From Candidatus Dojkabacteria bacterium (lineage in GTDB: Bacteria > Patescibacteriota > Dojkabacteria > J137): 58,889 bases of DNA. The stretch covers positions 1 through 58,889 of the forward strand of contig CALDYZ010000039.1 in assembly GCA_937944235.1 (NCBI GenBank), in the 5' to 3' direction. Shown here one piece after another: positions 47,260 to 56,986 of the stretch (position 1 is its first letter; each line of letters opens with the position of its first letter). Position numbers and translations under genes: made by a program. The notes beneath the pieces were generated by a model. That model saw only the letters and a program-made list of their open reading frames with translations. It was not told the origin of the DNA and did not search any database.

Positions 47260-47883
47260 TCAAATTTTTTGTTTGAATTTTATGGCATCTTTTACAGCTT
47301 GTAAACCTACATTTTCAATTTCAGATCCTACAGGTATACCTTGTGCAAGCTTATAAAACACACAGTGAGTATTTAGTTTCTCTATAATATTCTTAAGAAA
47401 AAAAATTGTGCTCTCAACCTCAAAGTTTAGATTAAATGCAAATATGACCTCATGAAGATTATCTAGAGAAGTTACTAATTGGCCGATGCTTTCAATAGGT
47501 AAATCCTCGCTAAAAACTCCATTCATAGGTGACATTAAATTTCCACATAAATTATAAATTATTCCTTTATACTCACTCACTCTCGACATTATGTCCAAAT
47601 TCATGGAATTTTCAACAAACATCAATTTAGTCTGATCCCTATATTTTGGACTACAAAATAAACACTCCTGATTCTGAAATATAAAACCATTACATCTATC
47701 ACAACGAACAAAATTTGACACTTCTACAGAAATACTTTTTATAATAAGATCAGTTTCATGCCTGTCACGCTCAAGAATGTTTAAAGCTATACGACGACAC
47801 TGTCTTAAAGATAGGCCCGTCAAGTTGACCAAAGCATAAGTGATAGTCTTAAATATATCTTGCGGTTTATTATCATCAGTCAC
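47260..47883 (-). CDS. recR: Recombination protein RecR
   Basis: 207 aa. It has a C4 zinc finger (CDRCNGF...CLFCS), a Toprim-like region, and a C-terminal LAQGIPVGSEIENV. It lies downstream of dnaX-ybaB. Confidence 0.85.
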   Translation of the reverse strand: MTDDNKPQDIFKTITYALVNLTGLSLRQCRRIALNILERDRHETDLIIKSISVEVSNFVRCDRCNGFIFQNQECLFCSPKYRDQTKLMFVENSMNLDIMSRVSEYKGIIYNLCGNLMSPMNGVFSEDLPIESIGQLVTSLDNLHEVIFAFNLNFEVESTIFFLKNIIEKLNTHCVFYKLAQGIPVGSEIENVGLQAVKDAIKFKQKI

Positions 47884-48202
47884 CCAAAAAACCCTTTAAA
47901 TCTTCTATATTAGTATTACTGGACAACATTTTGTCTAATTCTTGTCTTGCTTTCTTATAAGAGTTAAGGAAATCCTCCTGTAATCTTTCTAAAAATATAT
48001 TTAATTCATCAGAATCGTAATTTTGTAAAAAAGGCAAACTCTGAATGTATCTTTCTTTACTTATTTCAACTTTCAACAAATCATATAAGCCGTTTATAAG
48101 TATTCCTACCCCCCCAGAAACGCCTGCCGACTGGAAAGAAGACATCTTTTTTTTCGCCTCCATAGCCTTTTTGGCTAACTTGGCCATATCAAAAATTCCC
48201 AT
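47876..48202 (-). CDS. ybaB: YbaB/EbfC-family nucleoid-associated protein
   Basis: 108 aa (MAKLAKKAMEAKKKM...). It holds the canonical position between dnaX and recR. Confidence 0.8.
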   Translation of the reverse strand: MGIFDMAKLAKKAMEAKKKMSSFQSAGVSGGVGILINGLYDLLKVEISKERYIQSLPFLQNYDSDELNIFLERLQEDFLNSYKKARQELDKMLSSNTNIEDLKGFLGD

Positions 48203-48211
48203 ATTAATTTA

Positions 48212-49765
48212 CTAACTAAAAAATATACTATTTACTAAGTCATAATTATTAATATTTTGCAAAACACTATTAGTATAATAATTTTGAACACCTTTTTCAA
48301 GATTTGAATCATTAATTAACTTACTTTTGTTGTCTTTGACTTCCTCGTTCGTAGAATTTTCGAGAGTTTTTGTACTAGTTCCAACATTCTCTACATCAAT
48401 AATTATGTCATTAGTGCAATAAAAATCTTTCAGGATATTTTTATAAGATAGACTATTCAAAAAACTTGCATCCATATTGTTGAAAACTTTTATTACAACC
48501 TTGCCTTTAGAATCAGATGTGACCTCTGATCTACCGAGAATTAATCTTAGCGCCTTGGGTAAAGCAACCTCAGAATTTATAATATTTGGATTTTGTGTTG
48601 ATTTTTTATTATCTACAGAGTTGATAACTATATTTTGACTATTGTTAGTCGGAAGGAAATTATTATTTATGGCAACATTATAATTATTTGGATTATGTAC
48701 ATTTACACAGGTATTTTCTGCAGTTGTATTTTCTAATTTTAAGTATATTGAAATACCTAAAGATTTAGCATTTGAATAAGACAATTCCTTTTTGATAGAC
48801 AATAAAATACTTGACATTAAAATAAAGTTCCTATGATCTAATTTTGATGCACTCACTAATTCTATTAACTTATTTAAAGAATCGTCTATCAACTGTTTAA
48901 CAGAGTTAGAATTTTCAAATATTTTCACAAATGTACGTAAGTATTCACGTTTCTGAATATCATCTAAAGAATTTTGTAAGTTCAAAAAATCTGTTATTGA
49001 ATTTAAAAACTTCTCCACTTCTTTGTAAGAAGGTAAACCCAAGAACTCCAGTAGTTCATCAAGTGTTACAGAATTTAAAGATATTTTGTCTAAAGTAAAT
49101 ATTTTAGATAATAATGTTTCAGCATCTCTAAAACTTCCACCTGTAAATTCATATATACGATTATATACTTCATCTGGTAATGTAAACCCTTCTTGTAGAG
49201 TAATATGTTTCAACTTACCTATAATTACTTCAGGGGTTTGTAATTTGAGATCAAAACGGATCACCCTTGATAAAATAGTTTCAGGAATTTTGTGAGGCTC
49301 AGTAGTTGCTAACAGGAATATTACATTTTTCGGAGGTTCTTCCAAAATTTTTAGCAGTGCATTGAAAGCCTGAATCGTGAGCATGTGAACTTCATCTATT
49401 ATATAAATTTTTTTGGGCAGTAATACTGGTGTATAGCCAACTGCATCTCTTAAATTTCTCATATCATCAATACCTCTGTTCGAAGCAGCATCTATTTCTA
49501 TAATATCTACAGAAGCGTTGTTATTTATGGACAAACAATTATCACATTCATTGCACACATCATTAAGTTCTCTTAAGTTTTTGCATGAAATTGCTTTTGC
49601 AAACAACCTAGCCAAAGTCGTCTTACCTGTACCCCTACTACCAGTAAATAAATAACTACTATACACATTCAAATTCTTAATAGAATTCAACAAGGCTGAC
49701 TTGATCAAATCAGCACCCAGAAACTCTTTAAATGTCTTCGGCCTATACTTTCTATAAATTACCAT
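48212..49765 (-). CDS. dnaX: DNA polymerase III subunit gamma/tau
   Basis: 517 aa. Motifs seen: YRPKTF.EF.G, Walker A GSRGTGKTT, a Zn module (CKN..C.EC.NC), IIDEVHML and LKILEEPP. Confidence 0.94.
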   Translation of the reverse strand: MVIYRKYRPKTFKEFLGADLIKSALLNSIKNLNVYSSYLFTGSRGTGKTTLARLFAKAISCKNLRELNDVCNECDNCLSINNNASVDIIEIDAASNRGIDDMRNLRDAVGYTPVLLPKKIYIIDEVHMLTIQAFNALLKILEEPPKNVIFLLATTEPHKIPETILSRVIRFDLKLQTPEVIIGKLKHITLQEGFTLPDEVYNRIYEFTGGSFRDAETLLSKIFTLDKISLNSVTLDELLEFLGLPSYKEVEKFLNSITDFLNLQNSLDDIQKREYLRTFVKIFENSNSVKQLIDDSLNKLIELVSASKLDHRNFILMSSILLSIKKELSYSNAKSLGISIYLKLENTTAENTCVNVHNPNNYNVAINNNFLPTNNSQNIVINSVDNKKSTQNPNIINSEVALPKALRLILGRSEVTSDSKGKVVIKVFNNMDASFLNSLSYKNILKDFYCTNDIIIDVENVGTSTKTLENSTNEEVKDNKSKLINDSNLEKGVQNYYTNSVLQNINNYDLVNSIFFS

Positions 49766-49970
49766 TCTTACTCCGTAATCTTCTTGCTAATCTTCTTCTT
49801 CTTTTTTTCATTTTTGCATAAACTTTCTTTTTTTGGTGCCTAATAACACTTTTTGGAACATAATACCTTCTTGCCTCTCTAACCTGCAAAACTCCCTCCC
49901 TATTAGCTTCTCTCCATAAAAGTCTTAATGCTAAATCTAGCGGCTTGTCTTGATGCACAACTACAGACAT
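49752..49970 (-). CDS. rpsU: 30S ribosomal protein S21
   Basis: 72 aa, very basic (LDLALRLLWREANREGVLQVREARRYYVPKSVIRHQKK). Confidence 0.8.
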   Translation of the reverse strand: MSVVVHQDKPLDLALRLLWREANREGVLQVREARRYYVPKSVIRHQKKKVYAKMKKRRRRLARRLRSKNGNL

Positions 49971-50040
49971 ATACTAACTTTAAAAATTTAGTAAACAAAT
50001 AAACTTCAAAGTGATTATAACAAAAAAATACATAGAAAAA

Positions 50041-51417
50041 CTAAAAGTTGACAAACAAACCTTCCAAAAACTTGCCCAAAAGAATAAAAATATCTAACCT
50101 AACCAAATCCTTTAATATAACCAAAAAACCTAATGCCATCAATAAAATAAAACTAAACAAATTTAAAAAATTTTTCAAATTTTTATTTATATTAATTTTA
50201 AACGTCTTACTAAAAATCCACCCCAACGATTCAATTAAGATTTGTCCTCCATCTAAAGCAGGTATGGGTAAAAGATTGAAAATAAATAAAGATATATTAA
50301 GCAGAGTAAACAATAAAAAAAGATTACTTAAATCACCGGATTTTACAATTAAATTGGTTTGATTAATTACACTTGGTAAGCTACCTAAATTTTCAGCTAA
50401 TGGCTCGACCGAGTTTAGAATTACAGATTTTCTAAATAAATCTAACAATACAGATAATTGATACCCTAAAAGGTCTTTAATCAAATTAAAAGTTGAATCT
50501 AATCCTTTCCCATACTCTAAAAAAATAACATCAGAAGATAAGTTAAGCCCATCTCCATTAACTTCAGTCAACATAACCGATAACACTCCGCCTTGCTGAT
50601 TTCTAAGAGGCAAATCAAAAGTTACGTCTAATTTATCAAAATTTCTTAATATGCTTAAACTTATTGCTTTACCTTGTAACTCATTAATTCTAGCATTAAA
50701 ATCTTTTAATGAAGAAATATCTTGTCCATTTAAACCGACAATGTAATCATCTTTTTTTATTGGAATATTTTTATTTGAAGGATTCGATAAAACTTTCAAA
50801 TAAGGATTTTGGAAAGAATTTGAATTTATCGAGTAATCTGTATAACTCATGTCATCTAAATTAAAAAATCTGTACAAATTTGTGGTGTATTCTTCATTAT
50901 TTTTTATTAATAAATATGTTCTGGATGAGAACAAAAAATTTAAATTTTCGTAATCTAACTTTGAGTAATTTCTGGGATCTAAGCTAACACCACTGACAAG
51001 ATTACCTTTAATTGATAAATTAGCAGAAAAAGGATAATCATAAAGATGAGGTAAAATTATACTATTCTTATTTAAAAGAAAAATCCAACCTAAAAACAAA
51101 GCTAGCATTAAATTTACTAACACTCCAGAAAACAATATGAATAATTTTTTAACAATATTTAATTTCACAAAGTCAGAATTAGGTGATTCTTGATCAATTT
51201 CAACATAACCCCCCAACGGAATAAGACTAAAGCTAAATTCTGTACCCCACCAATTTACTTTATATAATTTTTTACCAAAACCAACAGAAAAAATAGGTAC
51301 CTTAACACCAAATAATCTGGCAGATAGGTAATGACCTAATTCATGAAAAAATACTATAGTAGAAATACCAAGTAGAAATACAATAGTGGACGAAACAAAA
51401 AAAAGAAAATCCAACAT
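50041..51417 (-). CDS. rseP: RIP site-2 metalloprotease RseP (M50)
   Basis: 458 aa. Motifs seen: HELGHYLSARLFGV (HExxH), a PDZ-like middle region, and NLLPIPALDGG. Confidence 0.9.
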   Translation of the reverse strand: MLDFLFFVSSTIVFLLGISTIVFFHELGHYLSARLFGVKVPIFSVGFGKKLYKVNWWGTEFSFSLIPLGGYVEIDQESPNSDFVKLNIVKKLFILFSGVLVNLMLALFLGWIFLLNKNSIILPHLYDYPFSANLSIKGNLVSGVSLDPRNYSKLDYENLNFLFSSRTYLLIKNNEEYTTNLYRFFNLDDMSYTDYSINSNSFQNPYLKVLSNPSNKNIPIKKDDYIVGLNGQDISSLKDFNARINELQGKAISLSILRNFDKLDVTFDLPLRNQQGGVLSVMLTEVNGDGLNLSSDVIFLEYGKGLDSTFNLIKDLLGYQLSVLLDLFRKSVILNSVEPLAENLGSLPSVINQTNLIVKSGDLSNLFLLFTLLNISLFIFNLLPIPALDGGQILIESLGWIFSKTFKININKNLKNFLNLFSFILLMALGFLVILKDLVRLDIFILLGKFLEGLFVNF

Positions 51418-51425
51418 TATACCTA

Positions 51426-51965
51426 TTACATCATAATTTTTTCTCTTTTGTTATTTGAAATATCATCTAAAATACTTATATACCTATCAACAATTGACTG
51501 TACCTTATCCAAATAAACAACTTTTTCGTCTTCTCTCACAATAGTCTCTTTTATCTTACTATTTATATCGTGTCTTTCTCTACGAATCCTTGCTTTATAT
51601 TTTTCTAGAGTATCCAAAAGATTTTTTACTTTCTTTTGTTTATCCTCCACACTTAAGTTAAAAAATTTTAATCTAATTAACCTTCCATCATCTGAAACAT
51701 TTGCTCCTATTTGAGAATCATTAATCAGAGAATTTAAAACGACATTCCTTATAGAATCATCAAACAGGTGTACTACGACTGTTTGAGGATTTTCAAAGTT
51801 GAAGGTTGCTAAGTCTTTTAATCTCATCTTAGTTCCATAAGCTGTTACTTGGATATTCGCTATATCATCAAACGATGGACTCCCCGTTCGTATCGTACTA
51901 GCGTAAACCTTAAAAGAATCTACATGAGACTGTAAAATTTGTTCAAATTTATCTAAATCCACCAT
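51426..51965 (-). CDS. frr: Ribosome recycling factor
   Basis: 179 aa of typical RRF length, with RTGSPS.....I.V.AYG and the C-terminal RRERHD. It lies downstream of tsf. Confidence 0.9.
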   Translation of the reverse strand: MVDLDKFEQILQSHVDSFKVYASTIRTGSPSFDDIANIQVTAYGTKMRLKDLATFNFENPQTVVVHLFDDSIRNVVLNSLINDSQIGANVSDDGRLIRLKFFNLSVEDKQKKVKNLLDTLEKYKARIRRERHDINSKIKETIVREDEKVVYLDKVQSIVDRYISILDDISNNKREKIMM

Positions 51966-51970
51966 AAAGG

Positions 51971-52561
51971 TTAGCTACCCTTTCTAACAGATATATGAAC
52001 ACCGTTTTTGATATCAAACTTGTAAATGTACTTAACCTCAACTTTTTCACCTAATCTCGCTACCAACTCACTGATCACATCTTTAACTGTCTTACTACTG
52101 TCAAAGAAAAATTTTTGATCCATTAAACAAACTTCTGAATACATTTTGTTTAAATCCAAATCCGTTACCGTGGAGATCTTATTCCCAAAGTATTCACCAA
52201 AAAAATCATCAGGTACATCTTCTCTGTCAATAAACAAAGTATTTGAAGCAACTACATGCAAAGCAATATCATCAGCTAAATTTTTAAATAAATCATTGTT
52301 AGCAGCAAAATCCGTTTCACAAGAAAGTAGAACTACACACAAAAGACCGTCATTGTGTTTATAAGTACCTAAAACTCCGTTTAGTGCCACTTTCGACTGT
52401 CTTTTAATAAACTTAGCCATACCCTTTTCTCTAAGATACAATAAGGCCTTTTCAAAGTTACCCTGCGATACTTCTAATGCTTCTTTACAAGAAGCTAATC
52501 CTGCACCAGAGGTTTCTCGAAGTTTCTTTACATCTTTTATATCTACAGTATACATAAACAA
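51971..52561 (-). CDS. tsf: Elongation factor Ts (short form)
   Basis: 196 aa with a UBA-like N-terminus (VKKLRETSGAGLASCKEALEVSQGNFEKALLYLREKG) and CETDFAANN. Confidence 0.92.
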   Translation of the reverse strand: MFMYTVDIKDVKKLRETSGAGLASCKEALEVSQGNFEKALLYLREKGMAKFIKRQSKVALNGVLGTYKHNDGLLCVVLLSCETDFAANNDLFKNLADDIALHVVASNTLFIDREDVPDDFFGEYFGNKISTVTDLDLNKMYSEVCLMDQKFFFDSSKTVKDVISELVARLGEKVEVKYIYKFDIKNGVHISVRKGS

Positions 52562-52566
52562 TACAA

Positions 52567-53535
52567 CTAACTTTTTTTATTTAACTTTTCTGCTTGATAC
52601 CTACCCAAAATACCCTTTTTAGCTTCATCAGATTTGCTAGCTGTTGATTTTTTTGTAGACCTTACTCTTTTTTGTTTATTCTCAATATTTTGTTCAACAG
52701 ATACAACATTAACCTCAATCACCCTTCTTGTCTGACTTTCGCTATCTCCAGTACTTTCATAATTATTGTTAGAACTACTTATCTTTACATCAATCAGAGA
52801 GTAATCTTTTAGATCATGCACCACCCTTTCATTTACAGAATTCTGCATTAAAGATTGTTCTATTGCATTATATATAAACTTTATAGATTTTATAGCATCA
52901 TCATTCGCATAAATTGGATAGTCTATACCCGAAGGATTAGCGTTTGTGTCAACTACACCTACTATAGGAATACCTACTATCTTTGCTTCTTTAACAGCCA
53001 CCTTCTCATAGCCAACATCCAGCACTATTATTGCACTAGGCTTTTGAGCCATAGTTTTTACTCCTCTGTATAAAGTTGAGAGTCTGCTCCACTCCTTCTT
53101 CATTAACGAAACCTCATATTTTGTTCTATCCCAAACACCTTCTCGTAAAAATTTTTCTAAACTTAATAATCTATTTAAACTATTCTTAATAACCTCAAAA
53201 TTCGTAAGCAAGCCTCCAATCCATCTCCTATCAATGAAGTGGCAGCCTGCAGATACCGCTAAATTCTCCGTAAGTTTACGAGCCTGCTTCTTGGTACCAA
53301 CAATTAATACTGGAGAACTAGATTGATTTGTAGATAAGAATTTCACAGCATTACCCAAACTCTCGATAGTCTTGTCAACATCTATGATATGTATATTGTT
53401 TTTCGTGTATTTTATCACACTGCTCATCTTAGGATTCCATCTCTGTACCTGATGACCAAAATGTACACCAGCGGAAATAAAGTCTTGCTTATCTGGTATA
53501 AGCTCAGTCTTAAAAAAAGTGTTAACATCGCTCAT
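52567..53535 (-). CDS. rpsB: 30S ribosomal protein S2 with a C-terminal extension
   Basis: 322 aa. Motifs seen: AGVHFGHQVQRWNPKM, FIDRRWIGGLLTN and GIPIVGVVDTNANP. About 80 extra low-complexity residues follow at the C-terminus. Confidence 0.95.
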   Translation of the reverse strand: MSDVNTFFKTELIPDKQDFISAGVHFGHQVQRWNPKMSSVIKYTKNNIHIIDVDKTIESLGNAVKFLSTNQSSSPVLIVGTKKQARKLTENLAVSAGCHFIDRRWIGGLLTNFEVIKNSLNRLLSLEKFLREGVWDRTKYEVSLMKKEWSRLSTLYRGVKTMAQKPSAIIVLDVGYEKVAVKEAKIVGIPIVGVVDTNANPSGIDYPIYANDDAIKSIKFIYNAIEQSLMQNSVNERVVHDLKDYSLIDVKISSSNNNYESTGDSESQTRRVIEVNVVSVEQNIENKQKRVRSTKKSTASKSDEAKKGILGRYQAEKLNKKS

Positions 53536-53620
53536 TTTTTGAGTGAACTAAACAATAAGAACAAACAAACAGAAACTTTTTTTTGACAAGAGCAAAACTG
53601 TTTGTAATAGACAATTATGA

Positions 53621-55903
53621 TTATAACACAACTCCACTGCTAATCTTATAAATTTTTTTAACCTTTGGATAGTCAGGATGTGCCCAAAAATAACCATATC
53701 TACCTTTTTTTAATATATATCTCCGCCCTTCATCAGTTAAAGGCGGTTCACCTAATTTGTCAGCCAAATATTCGTCCAAAAATTCTAATTGTCGAATATC
53801 TTTCACTCTAGGATAATCAGGATGTGCCCAAAAATAACCATACCTACCTTTTTTTAAAACATACACAACTCCCTCTTCTGTTTTAGGAGGATCTTTGTAT
53901 TTCGTCAAATCTATGTCAATTATCTGAATATTTTTATCTGATAGATAGTTATCCTGATATTGCTTGATACCTTTACAATCTGGATAATTGGAGCAACTAA
54001 AAAACTTACCAAAACGACCCAGCTTGATTAACATTGAAGATCCACAAAGATCACATTTAACACTTTCTGGCGCACGACCTAGTTGAGTAAACTCTGCCCT
54101 TGATATAGATTTATCAGCTTTAAGATAATCCTGGTTAAATTTAGAATAAAAATCTTTTAAAAAATCTAACCAATTTAATTTAGCCGATTCTATCATGTCC
54201 AAACCATCTTCCATTTTTGCGGTAAACTCTAGATCAACTATATATGTAAAATATTTTTTCAACAAACTGATGACCGTTCTTCCTATATCTGTTGGTTTAA
54301 AATACTTGCCATTTTTTTCAACATAAGTCCTTTGTTGAATAATACTAATTATAGAAGCATAAGTTGATGGCCTACCTATACCCTCTTTTTCCAGTTTTTT
54401 AATTAATGAAGCCTCATTATATCTAGGTGGTGGATTTGTAAAATGTTGACAAAGCATAACATCAGTCATTAAGACTCCGTCATTTATTTTAAAATTGGAT
54501 GAATTTAAACAATCGTTCGACAAAGATTTTTCAGAATTAAAAATTACCTGGTATCCATCAAATATCACCTTACTCTGATTATTCCTGAATAAAATATCTC
54601 CCTCTAGAGATTCTACATCTGTAGTATAAATCTGAATTACTTGCTCCGACATCTGAGAGGCGATGGCATAATTTCTTATTAAATTGTATACCAACAGTTC
54701 TTGACCCACTAGTTTTAAATCTTCACCATTTTTAAAAATACTAACAGGCCTTATACATTCATGAGCTTCCTGAGCAAATTTATTACTAGCGCCCTTGCTC
54801 TTGAATTTACTTAAAGAGTCGTAATTACCCAAATAGTTTTCCCCAAAATTTTGTACTACGTATTTTCTAACCTCTTGAACGACTTTCTCTGCCATATGCA
54901 CAGAATCTGTTCTCATATAGGTTATTAGACCTTTTTCATAAAGACTTTGAGCTATACTCATTGCCTTTTTTGCATTTATGCCTAACTTATTTATAGCTGC
55001 CTGCTGAAAAGTAGAAGTTCTAAGAGGAAATGGAGGTCTTCGCTTTTGAATAGAAACACTTATATTTTTTACTACATATCTTCTATTTTTTATTACTTCA
55101 AATAATCTAGTCGCATTTTCTTGATTATTTATGTTTAATAGGTTACCTTCATATGCTTTCAAGTCAAAAACATCCCCATTAGATAAAAATGAATTATCTT
55201 CTTTTACAGTCGCTTCATTCATAACCTGAAGGGTATCTGCAAATTTTTCAGCTATTTTTATTATTAAGTTTATATTTTTTTTTGATTCATCACTTTTACT
55301 AAATTTAGCCTGTATAGTCCAAGTCTCAGAAGGTTTAAAACTTTCTCGTTCTTCCTCTCGATCTACTAATATTCGTAAAGCCACAGACTGAACTCTTCCT
55401 GCTGATAAACCAAATGCTACTTTCTTCCATAATAAAGGTGATAAAGTGTAACCTACTAACCTATCTAATATTCTCCTAGCATACTGAGAATGAACCGTAT
55501 TCATATCAATGCTTCTTGGATTTTGTATGGCGTGTAAAATTGCATCTTTTGTTACTTCAGTAAAAACAATTCTTTTGATGTTTTTATTTTTTAAGGGCTT
55601 TGCAGAATCATCTATTAAACCAGATTCTTTTAAAACATTATAAGCTATAGCTTCTCCTTCTCTGTCTTTATCTGTTGCTAGAAAAATCTCATCTGCTTTT
55701 TTAGATAATTTGTATATATTATTTATAATATTTTTATTTTTGATTTCCCACTCTACAGAAAAATTTCTAGTTATATCGACACCCATTTTTGACTTGGGCA
55801 AATCTACTACATGACCTTTTGTAGCTATAACTTCAAAATCGTCTCCTAAATATTTTCTTATCGTTTTGGCTTTGGAAGGTGATTCGACTATAAACAATTT
55901 CAT
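53621..55903 (-). CDS. topA: DNA topoisomerase I
   Basis: 760 aa. It has a Toprim N-terminus (LFIVESPSKAKTI) and a catalytic Tyr region (LITYMRTDS). It carries one C4 zinc ribbon (CDLCGS...CSNYPDC) and two Cys-less ribbon-like repeats. Confidence 0.96.
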   Translation of the reverse strand: MKLFIVESPSKAKTIRKYLGDDFEVIATKGHVVDLPKSKMGVDITRNFSVEWEIKNKNIINNIYKLSKKADEIFLATDKDREGEAIAYNVLKESGLIDDSAKPLKNKNIKRIVFTEVTKDAILHAIQNPRSIDMNTVHSQYARRILDRLVGYTLSPLLWKKVAFGLSAGRVQSVALRILVDREEERESFKPSETWTIQAKFSKSDESKKNINLIIKIAEKFADTLQVMNEATVKEDNSFLSNGDVFDLKAYEGNLLNINNQENATRLFEVIKNRRYVVKNISVSIQKRRPPFPLRTSTFQQAAINKLGINAKKAMSIAQSLYEKGLITYMRTDSVHMAEKVVQEVRKYVVQNFGENYLGNYDSLSKFKSKGASNKFAQEAHECIRPVSIFKNGEDLKLVGQELLVYNLIRNYAIASQMSEQVIQIYTTDVESLEGDILFRNNQSKVIFDGYQVIFNSEKSLSNDCLNSSNFKINDGVLMTDVMLCQHFTNPPPRYNEASLIKKLEKEGIGRPSTYASIISIIQQRTYVEKNGKYFKPTDIGRTVISLLKKYFTYIVDLEFTAKMEDGLDMIESAKLNWLDFLKDFYSKFNQDYLKADKSISRAEFTQLGRAPESVKCDLCGSSMLIKLGRFGKFFSCSNYPDCKGIKQYQDNYLSDKNIQIIDIDLTKYKDPPKTEEGVVYVLKKGRYGYFWAHPDYPRVKDIRQLEFLDEYLADKLGEPPLTDEGRRYILKKGRYGYFWAHPDYPKVKKIYKISSGVVL
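53667..53713. repeat. Intragenic direct repeat copy 1 (topA C-terminal module)
   Basis: This 47-nt stretch (ggatagtcaggatgtgcccaaaaataaccatatctacctttttttaa) matches 53811-53857 at 45 of 47 positions, offset by 144 nt (48 codons). Confidence 0.9.
53811..53857. repeat. Intragenic direct repeat copy 2 (topA C-terminal module)
   Basis: ggataatcaggatgtgcccaaaaataaccatacctacctttttttaa. On the minus strand, both copies encode KKGRYGYFWAHPDYP. Confidence 0.9.
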
Positions 55904-55909
55904 AACAAG

Positions 55910-56986
55910 CTAAACTAAGAAATATAAACCAGAATTTTTAAATACTACATTTTTACACTCTAACATTAGTAATATCATCATAATTTTATCTAATTCAAAG
56001 TTTGTCTTACTCACGATAGTATCTATATCGGTTCCATTTTTATCAATTAAGGACAGTACCAAAATTTCATCCTTGGTGAGGGTAAGTTTAATATCATCAA
56101 TGTTATACTTCTTTTTGATTAAGCCTAAGTCTTCTATCAACTGATAAGGATCTTCAACTAATCTTGCTTTATCTTGTCTGATTAATAAATTACCGCCGGA
56201 TTTTGTATTAGGTTCTGAAGGTAAAGCAAAAACATTCCTATTATAATCAAATGCCAAGTTACAAGTGATCAATGCCCCACTTTCAGTTGTACCCTCTACG
56301 AATAACACATTTTTTGCTAAACCGGCTATTATTCTATTTCTTTTTGCAAAAGAGTATGGACCTATTATATCTAAACTTGTATTTTCTGATAATATCAAAC
56401 CATTTTTACTTAAAATTTTCTCATAAACAAACTCATTTGCGGCAGGAGTACATATATCAACTGATGAAGCTAGTACTGCAATTGTGTACATATTATTTTC
56501 CAATGCAGACAAATGAGCTTGTCTATCTATACCAAAAGCCAAACCACTAATCACGGATATATCATAATTTGATAATACCAATACAAATTCTTTTACTCTA
56601 TTTAGAGAAACAGTATTGGGTTTCCTTGTGCCTATTATAGCAATAGAATTACTTATCTTTAAACTATCAATATTTCCTTTGTAAAATAAAATTGGAGGAG
56701 GATCATCAATATGAGCAAGTATATTGGGATAATCAAACCTACCGTACAAAAGAATTCCAACATCATTTTCGATATATTTATTTATACAATTCAATACATC
56801 TTTTTCATTAACATTACTTTTGTAAGTAGGATTTATAGTTGAGCTAAATAAATATGACTTATCAGATGAAATCTTATCCACTAAAACTTTTCTGATGATT
56901 TTTGTGCCTACTCCTCTAGAAAACTTCAAAAGTAATAAATTCTTTAAGTTTTCTACATCTTGATAAGATAAATTTTTTATCAGCAT
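55910..56986 (-). CDS. dprA: DNA processing protein DprA (Smf)
   Basis: 358 aa. The Rossmann-fold core is present (IAIIGTRKP....VISGLAFGIDRQAHLSAL), as is GTTESGALITCNLA. The C-terminus is winged-helix-like. The dprA-topA adjacency is conserved in many bacteria. Confidence 0.9.
   Translation of the reverse strand: MLIKNLSYQDVENLKNLLLLKFSRGVGTKIIRKVLVDKISSDKSYLFSSTINPTYKSNVNEKDVLNCINKYIENDVGILLYGRFDYPNILAHIDDPPPILFYKGNIDSLKISNSIAIIGTRKPNTVSLNRVKEFVLVLSNYDISVISGLAFGIDRQAHLSALENNMYTIAVLASSVDICTPAANEFVYEKILSKNGLILSENTSLDIIGPYSFAKRNRIIAGLAKNVLFVEGTTESGALITCNLAFDYNRNVFALPSEPNTKSGGNLLIRQDKARLVEDPYQLIEDLGLIKKKYNIDDIKLTLTKDEILVLSLIDKNGTDIDTIVSKTNFELDKIMMILLMLECKNVVFKNSGLYFLV

Noticed and set aside
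49380-49420. A programmed frameshift site in dnaX: an A-run (AAAAAAA) on the coding strand near the Walker B region.
   Set aside because: It sits far upstream of where the tau/gamma frameshift occurs in known cases. It has no downstream hairpin, and A-runs are common in this AT-rich genome.
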